NCBI GenBank assembly: GCA_017556685.1
Contig: JAFYMH010000111.1
Span: 1 to 41,867 of the forward strand
Direction of reading: 5' to 3'
From: Clostridia bacterium
GTDB lineage: Bacteria; Bacillota; Clostridia; Oscillospirales; CAG-272
Length of the DNA: 41,867 nucleotides
Below the pieces are notes generated by a model. It made no database searches. It was not told the origin of the DNA and was given only the letters and a program-made list of their open reading frames with translations. Made by a program: the position numbers and the translations under genes. This document shows positions 1-7,224 of this stretch, piece after piece; position 1 is the first letter of the stretch; each line of letters starts with the position of its first letter.

Positions 1-471
1 GATCGCGCGCTTTGCGCTCTCGGGAGCCATGTAACGTGCGTCTGCGCCGAGGAAGAGAAGAAGATCGGTCTTCTCGGCATGCTTTGCGATCGACTCGGTA
101 AGGCACTCGCAAAGGGCGGTCTTGCCGTAGGCGTTGCCGGTGTTCAGGCAACCCTCAACGAGGGTGTTGATGTATGCGGGGAGAACGCCCTCGAGCGCCG
201 CCTCAAGACGGACCTCGCCCGTGAACATTACGGGATCCCAGCCGGTAACGCAATCGTGCACGCAGCCTCCGCAGGCGGCGCACTCGTAAATGTTATCCAT
301 GATCTCGCTAAGCTCGATGGCTCCGCGGTTGACAAGCGAAATGCCGAGCGCTCTTGCGCGGGGCGTGCTTCTCTCGTGTCCCGTTGCGTTGCCGATCGGG
401 CAGATGTGATGGCACATCCAGCAGAAACGGCAGGAGTCAACGTGCTGCTTGCTCTTTTCAGACATCATCAT
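1..471 (-). CDS. (Fe-S)-binding oxidoreductase subunit (GlcF / heterodisulfide-reductase-like), N-terminal part only; gene runs off the left edge
   Basis: Not in the ORF track because it is open at the edge. My translation of the minus strand from ATG 471 gives MMMSEKSKQHVDSCRFCWMCHHICPIGNATGHE...IYECAACGGCVHDCVTGWDP, which carries two CxxCxxCxxxC 4Fe-4S motifs. GAGGTG lies 7 nt upstream of the ATG. The gene starts 15 nt after the stop of the upstream FAD subunit gene. Confidence 0.7.
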   Translation of the reverse strand, partial: MMMSEKSKQHVDSCRFCWMCHHICPIGNATGHERSTPRARALGISLVNRGAIELSEIMDNIYECAACGGCVHDCVTGWDPVMFTGEVRLEAALEGVLPAYINTLVEGCLNTGNAYGKTALCECLTESIAKHAEKTDLLLFLGADARYMAPESAKRAI

Positions 472-486
472 AATCTTTCACCTCAC

Positions 487-1923
487 TCAAAGACCCAGCT
501 TAAAGGGGTTCATAATTCCGTTCGGGTCAAGCTGCTTCTTCAGACCCTCGAACACCTGCATAGCAGGACCGTACTGCTCCTTCATCAGGCGGCCAAGCTT
601 GATGCCGACGCCGTGATGGTCGTTGACGACGCCGCCGTGCGCCAGAGCCGCACGAACGCCGCAGGTCCAAACTGCCTGGTGCAGACGCAGAGCCTCGACG
701 GGATCCTTCGGAACGTCCTTGCCGTCGATGATGAAGCGGTCGTACACCATTGCGCCCCACTCGTACCAGTGCGAGAAGTGCGCGATGAACTTCGCCTGCG
801 GGAAGTTCGACTCGACCGCCTTCTTCATTGCCCAGTAGATCTCCTCGATCTTGCCGTAGGGAGCGATGGTATCCATCGTTCCGAACATCTGGGGGATATC
901 CAGCATGTGGCCGGGATAGAAGAAGGTGATCTTCTCCTTCCACCACTTCTCACCGTACTCGCTTCCAAGGTCCTCTGCTCCGTACTTGGCAAAGGTCTCA
1001 AGCAGGATCTTCTCCTCGACGGCAACGAGATCGCGGCAGCCCTCGATGGCAACGTTCATGAAGGCGCCCTTTCTCTCGACGCCGACGATCTTCTTGATGA
1101 GCGAGCTGGTCTCAGCCTCGTCGTACAGACGCATGACCGAGGGCTTGAACTTCTGAAGAAGGTCGCGAGCCGCCTTGAAGGCACCGCTCATATCAGCGAA
1201 CAGGAAGCCGCGGAAGCGTCTTTCCTCAGGCTGATCGTAAATACGCATCTGCGCCTTGGTGATAACGCCGAGCGTTCCCTCGGAGCCGATGAAGATCTGG
1301 TTCAGGTCGGGACCTGCCGCGTGCTTGGGAGCAGGGCTGGTGTTGATGATATCGCCGTTCGGGAGAACGACCTCCATACCGAGCACCATATCGTCGATCT
1401 TACCGTACTTGGTCGAGCAAACGCCGATGCCGCGATGGGCAAGGAAGCCGCCGACGGTCGAGCAGGTGAGCGAGGAGGGATAGTGCATGGTTGCCTTACC
1501 GACCTCGTTTGCAGCCCACTCAACGTGCTTGTAGATCGAGCCGGTTCCGCACTCGATATACATACCGTTGGTGTTGACCTCGTAGATCTGGTTCATGCGC
1601 TTGGTGTCAAGCAGGATACCGCCGCAGACCGGAATCGCACCGCCCTGCGTTCCGCCGCCTGCACCCCAGGTCGTTACGGGGAGCTTATAGTAGTTGGCGA
1701 TCTTCAGAACCTTGGAGACCTCGCTTGCATCCTTGGGGCAAACGACGAAGTCCGCCTCGGGCATGCGGCAGCCTCTGTCTGCCCACATACGGGAGAGCCA
1801 ATAGTAGTCGACGCTGTGCGTCACCTTGTCGATCGGGCGAACCGAGCAGTTCTCCTTACCGACCGCATCCTCCAGCTCTGTGAGGATCATGGCAAACAAA
1901 AAATCGTTCATCTGGTAGTTCAC
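487..1923 (-). CDS. FAD-binding oxidase (GlcD / D-lactate dehydrogenase / alkyl-DHAP-synthase family)
   Basis: The translation has an FAD-binding PCMH-type domain (VVCPKDASEVSKVLKIANYYKLPVTTWGAGGGTQGG) and a typical C-terminus (HHGVGIKLGRLM...LDPNGIMNPFKL). GTG 1923 has AGGAG 7 nt upstream. ATG 1911 is an alternative start. The track ORF extends to 1995 without support. Confidence 0.85.
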   Translation of the reverse strand: MNYQMNDFLFAMILTELEDAVGKENCSVRPIDKVTHSVDYYWLSRMWADRGCRMPEADFVVCPKDASEVSKVLKIANYYKLPVTTWGAGGGTQGGAIPVCGGILLDTKRMNQIYEVNTNGMYIECGTGSIYKHVEWAANEVGKATMHYPSSLTCSTVGGFLAHRGIGVCSTKYGKIDDMVLGMEVVLPNGDIINTSPAPKHAAGPDLNQIFIGSEGTLGVITKAQMRIYDQPEERRFRGFLFADMSGAFKAARDLLQKFKPSVMRLYDEAETSSLIKKIVGVERKGAFMNVAIEGCRDLVAVEEKILLETFAKYGAEDLGSEYGEKWWKEKITFFYPGHMLDIPQMFGTMDTIAPYGKIEEIYWAMKKAVESNFPQAKFIAHFSHWYEWGAMVYDRFIIDGKDVPKDPVEALRLHQAVWTCGVRAALAHGGVVNDHHGVGIKLGRLMKEQYGPAMQVFEGLKKQLDPNGIMNPFKLGL

Positions 1924-2044
1924 GTAATTTCTCCTTTCGATTACCAAAATTTTACTTTGAACTTCCTTATTTATGATACAGCTCCATTTTATCACACCGA
2001 AGCGCCCTTGAAAATGGAAAAAAGATTATTTTTTTGTAAAAAAC

Positions 2045-2074
2045 GATACAATTTTTCAATTTTTGTGGTATAAT
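2045..2074 (+). promoter_or_regulatory. putative sigmaA promoter of the AraC-family gene (extended -10)
   Basis: TGTGGTATAAT with TATAAT at 2069-2074. Weak -35 GATACA at 2045-2050, 18-nt spacer. Lies 35 nt upstream of ATG 2109. Confidence 0.35.
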
Positions 2075-2108
2075 GGACCAAACGAACGATAAAAATAAGG
2101 AGTCTAGC

Positions 2109-2930
2109 ATGAAGCATCTCTCCTTCGAGCAGCTCTACCGCACCGATTTTCAGATCAGCGAGCCGCTTGCCAAGCAGCAGTCCTGGGCAACGCGCGGAAA
2201 CCTCTATAGCGCCTTCGGAAAGCCGAAGATCTCGCATACCCTGCTCTGGTTCAAGAGCTGTGAGGCGTCGATCTCGCTCGGAAGCGGCGAGCAGATCCCC
2301 TGCAAGCGGAACTCTCTCGTCTATATGGCGAAGGGAAGCGAGTACGCCGTGCATTTTTCAAGCACGGGGGTGGGTGTTGAGGATACTGTCGTCGTGCATT
2401 TTCAGATGACCGACCGGAGTGGAGAGGACATCTCGCCGTCGGAAAAACCGATCGTGTGTTTCAGTAGCGTTGACTCGGCAACCGCGATGCTTCTCGACGC
2501 GATGGTTGAGGAATGCAAGAAGAACGTCGTCTGCATCCCCGAGGTCTCGTCGGGGGTCTACAAGCTCCTTGCCCTCGTCTGCCAAAAGCAGAAATCCCGC
2601 ACCACCAAGCACAAGTTCGCGCGCATCCGTCTCGGCATCGAGCTGCTCGAGGGGGAGAACGATCTCAGCGTTTCGGAGATCGCCGAGCGCTGCGGCGTCA
2701 GCGAATGCTATTTCAGACGGCTTTTCCAGGCGTATAGCGGCGAGAGCCCGATGCGCTTCCGTCAGAGAGTGCGCATCGAGCGTGCAAAGCAGCTCCTGCT
2801 CTCGGACGAGCATTACTCGATCGGAGAGATCGCCTCTGAGCTTCACTTCCTTGACGTCTACCATTTCAGTAAGACCTTCAAGAAATTCTGCGGCGTTTCT
2901 CCGAACAAGTTCCAACGATCCTCCGAATAA
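2109..2930 (+). CDS. AraC-family transcriptional regulator
   Basis: C-terminal double HTH typical of AraC/XylS (SVSEIAERCGVSECYFRRLFQAYSGESPMRFRQRVRIERAKQLL...IGEIASELHFLDVYHFSKTFKKFCGVSPNKF). ATG 2109 has AAGGAG 7 nt upstream. Divergent from the FAD/Fe-S genes. Confidence 0.9.
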   Translation: MKHLSFEQLYRTDFQISEPLAKQQSWATRGNLYSAFGKPKISHTLLWFKSCEASISLGSGEQIPCKRNSLVYMAKGSEYAVHFSSTGVGVEDTVVVHFQMTDRSGEDISPSEKPIVCFSSVDSATAMLLDAMVEECKKNVVCIPEVSSGVYKLLALVCQKQKSRTTKHKFARIRLGIELLEGENDLSVSEIAERCGVSECYFRRLFQAYSGESPMRFRQRVRIERAKQLLLSDEHYSIGEIASELHFLDVYHFSKTFKKFCGVSPNKFQRSSE

Positions 2931-2941
2931 AAGAGAGGATG

Positions 2942-2970
2942 TTTCGGTCTCGCCAAAGATGCAAGCCCGG
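2942..2970 (+). repeat. 29-bp direct repeat, copy A (TTTCGGTCTCGCCAAAGATGCAAGCCCGG)
   Basis: Aligned by eye with copy B at 3166-3194: 26 of 29 positions identical, same orientation. Confidence 0.7.
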
Positions 2971-3060
2971 GGCGCATCAGATTTAGGCGAGAAGCGCCGT
3001 TTGCGACCCGAAGGTGTATACACATACTCCGAGAGGGAGCAAACGGCACTAGAAAAAATC

Positions 3061-3091
3061 CGAAATAAAATGAAGAAATCCGAAGGATTTC
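3061..3091 (-). terminator. putative intrinsic terminator for pyk
   Basis: On the minus strand, GAAATCC-TTC-GGATTTC (7-bp stem, 3075-3091) is followed by TTCATTTTATTTCG. It lies about 105 nt downstream of the pyk stop. Confidence 0.45.
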
Positions 3092-3165
3092 AACCTTAAA
3101 GGCTTCACAAAGCAAATTCTCTCGCTATGTGAAATTCCTTTTTGGGTATGAATTCCTTCGGATTT

Positions 3166-3194
3166 TTTCGGTCTCGTCAAATATGAAAGCCCGG
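3166..3194 (+). repeat. 29-bp direct repeat, copy B (TTTCGGTCTCGTCAAATATGAAAGCCCGG)
   Basis: Matches copy A at 26 of 29 positions. Ends 3 nt before the pyk stop codon (3198-3200). Confidence 0.7.
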
Positions 3195-3197
3195 TTT

Positions 3198-4610
3198 TTA
3201 AACGGTTTCGACCTTGATCACATTCGTATTTCCGGAGCCGCCGTTGATCATCCCGCCCGTGATCACGATGCGGTCGCCCGAGGCGAGCGAAAGCTGCTTT
3301 TTGGCAAGCTTCTGCGCCGCGTAAAAGACGACGTCAAGCGAGCTGACGAGCTCGCTCATCACCGGGGTAACGCCCCAGGAGAGCGCAAGCTTACGCCAGG
3401 TCTTTTCCTCGGTCGTCACGCCGAGGATATCAACCGGACAGCGGAAGCGCGACACCATGCGCGCCGTCATGCCCGAGATCGAGCAGACCGCGATCGCCTT
3501 TGCGCCGATGTCGACCGCCATGCCGCAGGTCGCGTGGGAGATGGCGTCAACGGTATTTTTCATCAGGAAATCGGACTTTCGGAACATGCTCGCGTAATCG
3601 ATCGAGCGCTCGGTCTGCAAAGCGATCCTTGCCATGGTCGCAACCGTTTGCACGGGGTACTTCCCCGCCGCCGTCTCGCCCGAGAGCATGATGGCGCTCG
3701 TTCCGTCGTAGACGGCGTTGGCAACGTCCGAGATCTCGGCACGGGTGGGACGGGGCTTGTGGATCATCGACTCGAGCATCTCGGTCGCGGTGATCACGCG
3801 CTTTCCGAGCAGACGGCAGGTGGTGATCAGATGCTTCTGAATGCCGGGCAGCTCCTCAAAGGGGACCTCGACGCCCATATCGCCGCGCGCGACCATGATG
3901 CCGTCGCATTCCTCGCAGATCTCGCGGATATTGTCAACCCCCGAGCGGTTCTCGATCTTGGCGATGATGTCAAGATCCTCTCCGCCGTTTGCGCGAAGAA
4001 ACTCCTTGACGTCAAGCAGATCCTGCTTTCTTGAAACGAACGAGCAGGCAACGAAATCGACCCCCTCACGGATGCCGAAAAGCAGGTCGCGCCGGTCATC
4101 CTCGCTGAGGTAGGGCTTGGAGAGCACCTTCCCCGGGAAGCTCATGCTCTTGCGGTTGGTCAGCTCCCCGCCGACCAGAACGCGGCAGACGATCTCGCAC
4201 CCACGGATCTCCTCGACCTCAAAAACCAAAAGCCCGTCGCTGAGCAGGATCCTGTCGCCCGGCTCCATCTCGGAGGGAAGCGCCGCGTAGTTGACCGAAA
4301 CGCGCCCCTCGTCCCCGACCACGTCCTCGGAGGTGAAGACGAAGCGCTCGCCGTCCCTGAGCATGACCTTCCCGTCACGAAAGGTCTTGATGCGGTACTC
4401 AGGCCCCTTGGTGTCCAGCATGATCGCGATCGGAAGCCCAAGCCTCTCGCGTACCCGCTTGATACGGTCGATACATTCCTTGTGCTCCTCGTGCGTGCCG
4501 TGCGAGAAGTTCAGTCTCGCAACGTTCATGCCCGCCTTACACATCTCACTTAAAATTTCCTCGGTGGCACACGCCGGCCCGATCGTGCAAACGATCTTAG
4601 TTTTGCGCAT
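3198..4610 (-). CDS. pyk: pyruvate kinase
   Basis: MRKTKIVCTIGPA...NFSHGTHEEH...IMVARGDMGVEVP motifs. ATG 4610 has AGGAG 8 nt upstream. The track ORF start at 4715 is an unsupported upstream extension. Confidence 0.95.
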   Translation of the reverse strand: MRKTKIVCTIGPACATEEILSEMCKAGMNVARLNFSHGTHEEHKECIDRIKRVRERLGLPIAIMLDTKGPEYRIKTFRDGKVMLRDGERFVFTSEDVVGDEGRVSVNYAALPSEMEPGDRILLSDGLLVFEVEEIRGCEIVCRVLVGGELTNRKSMSFPGKVLSKPYLSEDDRRDLLFGIREGVDFVACSFVSRKQDLLDVKEFLRANGGEDLDIIAKIENRSGVDNIREICEECDGIMVARGDMGVEVPFEELPGIQKHLITTCRLLGKRVITATEMLESMIHKPRPTRAEISDVANAVYDGTSAIMLSGETAAGKYPVQTVATMARIALQTERSIDYASMFRKSDFLMKNTVDAISHATCGMAVDIGAKAIAVCSISGMTARMVSRFRCPVDILGVTTEEKTWRKLALSWGVTPVMSELVSSLDVVFYAAQKLAKKQLSLASGDRIVITGGMINGGSGNTNVIKVETV

Positions 4611-4656
4611 TTTTCTATCTCCTACTTGGTTTGCAAACGCATTTTTCCTCATGATA

Positions 4657-4685
4657 AGTATACCACAAAATATACGTAAAGTCAA
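4657..4685 (-). promoter_or_regulatory. putative sigmaA promoter of pyk
   Basis: Minus strand reads TTGACT (4685-4680), 17 nt, TGgTATACT (TATACT 4662-4657). About 47 nt upstream of ATG 4610. Confidence 0.55.
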
Positions 4686-4918
4686 TCTTGGGGGCGCAAT
4701 TTTCACGTCTCCCATTCCCCCGCGCCTTTCCTTCGTTTCGTTTAGATCCTATGCCGTTTATTTGCCTCCACCCCCGCTTTTTCCTCTCGTTTATCCGGGG
4801 AGAGAAAGTCAAGCGGGGTCGGCGCCGAGCATCACCGCGGTTTATGCCACCCTACCCTACTATACGGCTATCTTATATCTGCATTATGAAATCGTATAGC
4901 CTGATTTGTCGAAAACGC

Positions 4919-4948
4919 TTGACGGAATCTCACTTTATCTGTTATAAT
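4919..4948 (+). promoter_or_regulatory. putative sigmaA promoter of the pur operon
   Basis: TTGACG (4919-4924), 18 nt, TATAAT (4943-4948). About 78 nt upstream of purE ATG 5027. Confidence 0.55.
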
Positions 4949-5026
4949 AACAGATGTAGAAATCTGTCTGCAGAGGCATAGATATGCCTTGTGCGGTCAA
5001 AAACGTTGAAAGGACGGAAAAAACGG

Positions 5027-5521
5027 ATGAAAAAGGTCGGGATTCTGATGGGAAGCGACAGCGATCTTCCCGTCGTTGAGAAGGCGATCGAGCAGCTCAA
5101 GGCGCTCGGGATCCCCTTCGAGGTGCACGTCTGGAGCGCGCATCGCACGCCCCTTGAGGTCAGGGAGTTTACCGAGAAGGCAAGAGAGAGAGGCTTTGGC
5201 GTTCTGATCTGTGCCGCAGGAAAGGCGGCGCATCTCGCAGGCGCGGTTGCCGCATCGACCACTCTGCCCGTCATCGGCATTCCGGTCAAGAGCTCGACCC
5301 TTGACGGTCTTGACGCTCTGCTCTCGACCGTTCAGATGCCGGGAGGCATTCCGGTTGCAACGGTTGCCATCGACGGCGCGCAGAACGCCGCGCTTCTTGC
5401 CGCCGAGATGCTTGCCATCGGGGACGAGGTTCTTTCTGCCAAGCTCGGAGAGGCGCGTCTTGCGGGAGCCGAGAAGGTCCGCCGCGCAAACGCCGAGATC
5501 GAGGCAAAATACAACGCCTAA
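5027..5521 (+). CDS. purE: 5-(carboxyamino)imidazole ribonucleotide mutase
   Basis: [17 protein letters not shown]...SAHRTP...AGKAAHLAG...[14 protein letters not shown] 5027 is preceded by GAAAGGACGG. Confidence 0.93.
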   Translation: MKKVGILMGSDSDLPVVEKAIEQLKALGIPFEVHVWSAHRTPLEVREFTEKARERGFGVLICAAGKAAHLAGAVAASTTLPVIGIPVKSSTLDGLDALLSTVQMPGGIPVATVAIDGAQNAALLAAEMLAIGDEVLSAKLGEARLAGAEKVRRANAEIEAKYNA

Positions 5522-5559
5522 AATGATTTTGAGAATATACGAGGAGAAAGGAAAGCATT

Positions 5560-6600
5560 ATGAACAATTCCTACAGTGAAAGCTACAAGGCGGCGGGCGT
5601 TGACATCACCGCCGGCTACCGCGCCGTTGAGCTGATGAAAAAGCACATCGCCAGAACCGAGAACGAGGGCTGCGTTTCCGACATCGGCGGCTTCGGAGGA
5701 CTCTTCGTTCCCTCGCTTGCAGGCATGCGCGAGCCGGTTCTCGTTTCCGGAACCGACGGCGTCGGCACTAAGCTGAAGATCGCCTTCCTGCTCGACCGTC
5801 ACGATACGGTCGGTATCGACTGCGTTGCCATGTGTGTCAACGACGTCATCTGCTGCGGTGCAAAGCCGCTCTTCTTCCTTGACTATATCGCCTGCGGAAA
5901 GAATATTCCCGAGAAGATCGCCGCGATCGTTTCGGGCGTTGCCGAGGGCTGCGTGCAGTCGGGTGCCGCTCTGATCGGCGGTGAGACCGCCGAGATGCCC
6001 GGCTTCTATCCGATCGACGAGTACGATCTTGCCGGCTTTGCCGTCGGTATCGTCGATAAGAGCCGCGTGCTCGACAAGACGAAGACCGCCGTTGGCGACG
6101 TCGTGATCGCTCTCCCCTCCTCGGGCGTACATTCCAACGGCTTCTCGCTCGTTCGCCGCGTCTTTGACGTCGAGAAGAGCGACATCAAGTCCCCCGTTGC
6201 CGAGCTTGGCGGCAAGTCGGTCGGCGAGACCCTTCTCACCCCGACGAAGATCTACGTCAAGCCCATGCTCTCGCTCTTTGACGCCGTTACGGTCAAGGGC
6301 GTTTCGCACATCACGGGCGGCGGCTTTTACGAGAACGTTCCGCGCGCGATCCCGAAGGGCCTCGGCGCCAAGATCGAAAAGAGCGCGATCCGCGTGCTTC
6401 CGATCTTCGAGCTTCTCGAGAAGACCGGCGGCATCGACAGCCGCGATATGTTCAACACCTTCAATATGGGTGTCGGCATGAGCGTAACGGTTGCAAAGGA
6501 GGATGCAGACCGCGCACTCGAGGTGCTTCGCGCCGCAGGCGAGGATCCCTATATCATCGGTGAGATCATCGCAAGCGACGAGGGGTGCGTGCTATGCTAA
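5560..6600 (+). CDS. purM: phosphoribosylformylglycinamidine cyclo-ligase (AIR synthetase)
   Basis: YKAAGVDI...DIGGFGGLF...GTDGVGTKL...SGVHSNGFSL. GAGGAG-rich RBS upstream. Confidence 0.95.
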   Translation: MNNSYSESYKAAGVDITAGYRAVELMKKHIARTENEGCVSDIGGFGGLFVPSLAGMREPVLVSGTDGVGTKLKIAFLLDRHDTVGIDCVAMCVNDVICCGAKPLFFLDYIACGKNIPEKIAAIVSGVAEGCVQSGAALIGGETAEMPGFYPIDEYDLAGFAVGIVDKSRVLDKTKTAVGDVVIALPSSGVHSNGFSLVRRVFDVEKSDIKSPVAELGGKSVGETLLTPTKIYVKPMLSLFDAVTVKGVSHITGGGFYENVPRAIPKGLGAKIEKSAIRVLPIFELLEKTGGIDSRDMFNTFNMGVGMSVTVAKEDADRALEVLRAAGEDPYIIGEIIASDEGCVLC

Positions 6601-7211
6601 AGCGCATCCGGACCGCCGTTCTGGTTTCAGGGGGCGGAACCAATCTTCAGGCGATCATCGACGCGGCGGCAGACGGCAGGATCCGTCACGCAGAGCTTGC
6701 TCTGGTTGCCGCGTCGAACCCCGACGCCTATGCACTCGTGCGCGCCGAGCGCGCGGGGATCCCGACGGCGGTCGTTTCGCGCAAGGCCTACTTGGATGCC
6801 GCCGCCTTTGAAAACGCGCTTCTTTCGGTTCTTCGGGAAAAGGGCATTGAGCTCATCGTTCTGGCGGGCTTTATGACGATCCTCAGCGCCGACTTTATCC
6901 GTCGCTACGAGAACCGCATCATCAACGTACATCCCTCGCTCATTCCGTCCTTTTGCGGAAAGGGCTACTACGGTCTTCGCGTGCACGAGGCAGCCCTTGC
7001 CTATGGGGTGAAGGTGACCGGTGCAACGGTGCATTTCGTCAACGAGATCCCCGACGGCGGCGCGATCATCGCGCAAAAGCCGGTCATGATCCGCAAAAAC
7101 GATACGCCCGAGACCCTGCAGCGCCGCGTGATGGAGAGGGCGGAATGGAAGCTTCTCCCCCGCGCGCTTGAGCTCGTTTCGATCGAGCTTGCAAAATCAA
7201 AGCAGAAATAA
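6594..7211 (+). CDS. purN: phosphoribosylglycinamide formyltransferase
   Basis: AVLVSGGGTNLQAIID...LAGFMTIL...NVHPSLIPSFCG. ATG 6594 overlaps the purM stop (ATGCTAA) and has GAGGGG 9 nt upstream. Confidence 0.93.
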   Translation: MLKRIRTAVLVSGGGTNLQAIIDAAADGRIRHAELALVAASNPDAYALVRAERAGIPTAVVSRKAYLDAAAFENALLSVLREKGIELIVLAGFMTILSADFIRRYENRIINVHPSLIPSFCGKGYYGLRVHEAALAYGVKVTGATVHFVNEIPDGGAIIAQKPVMIRKNDTPETLQRRVMERAEWKLLPRALELVSIELAKSKQK

Positions 7212-7224
7212 AGGAGTCAACCCG

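Noticed and set aside
79-2073. 664-aa plus-strand ORF covering the left 2 kb
   Set aside because: It is antisense to the well-supported Fe-S and FAD-oxidase genes. The translation is Ala/Arg/Leu/Asp/Gly-rich with no motif and there is no RBS. This is a typical shadow ORF in GC-rich DNA.
4688-4981. 97-aa plus-strand ORF in the pyk-purE intergenic region
   Set aside because: It has a Pro/Phe/Arg-rich translation of a pyrimidine-rich tract and no SD. It would run through the purE promoter.
4949-5026. Purine, ZTP or other riboswitch, or a PurR PurBox, in the purE leader/promoter
   Set aside because: The 78-nt leader has only two 6-bp hairpins (ACAGAT/ATCTGT and AGGCAT/ATGCCT). It has no terminator and none of the conserved purine-riboswitch or ZTP core sequences I know. 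TTGTCGAAAAC near the -35 only loosely resembles a PurBox (CGAAA rather than CGAAC), which is too weak to call.
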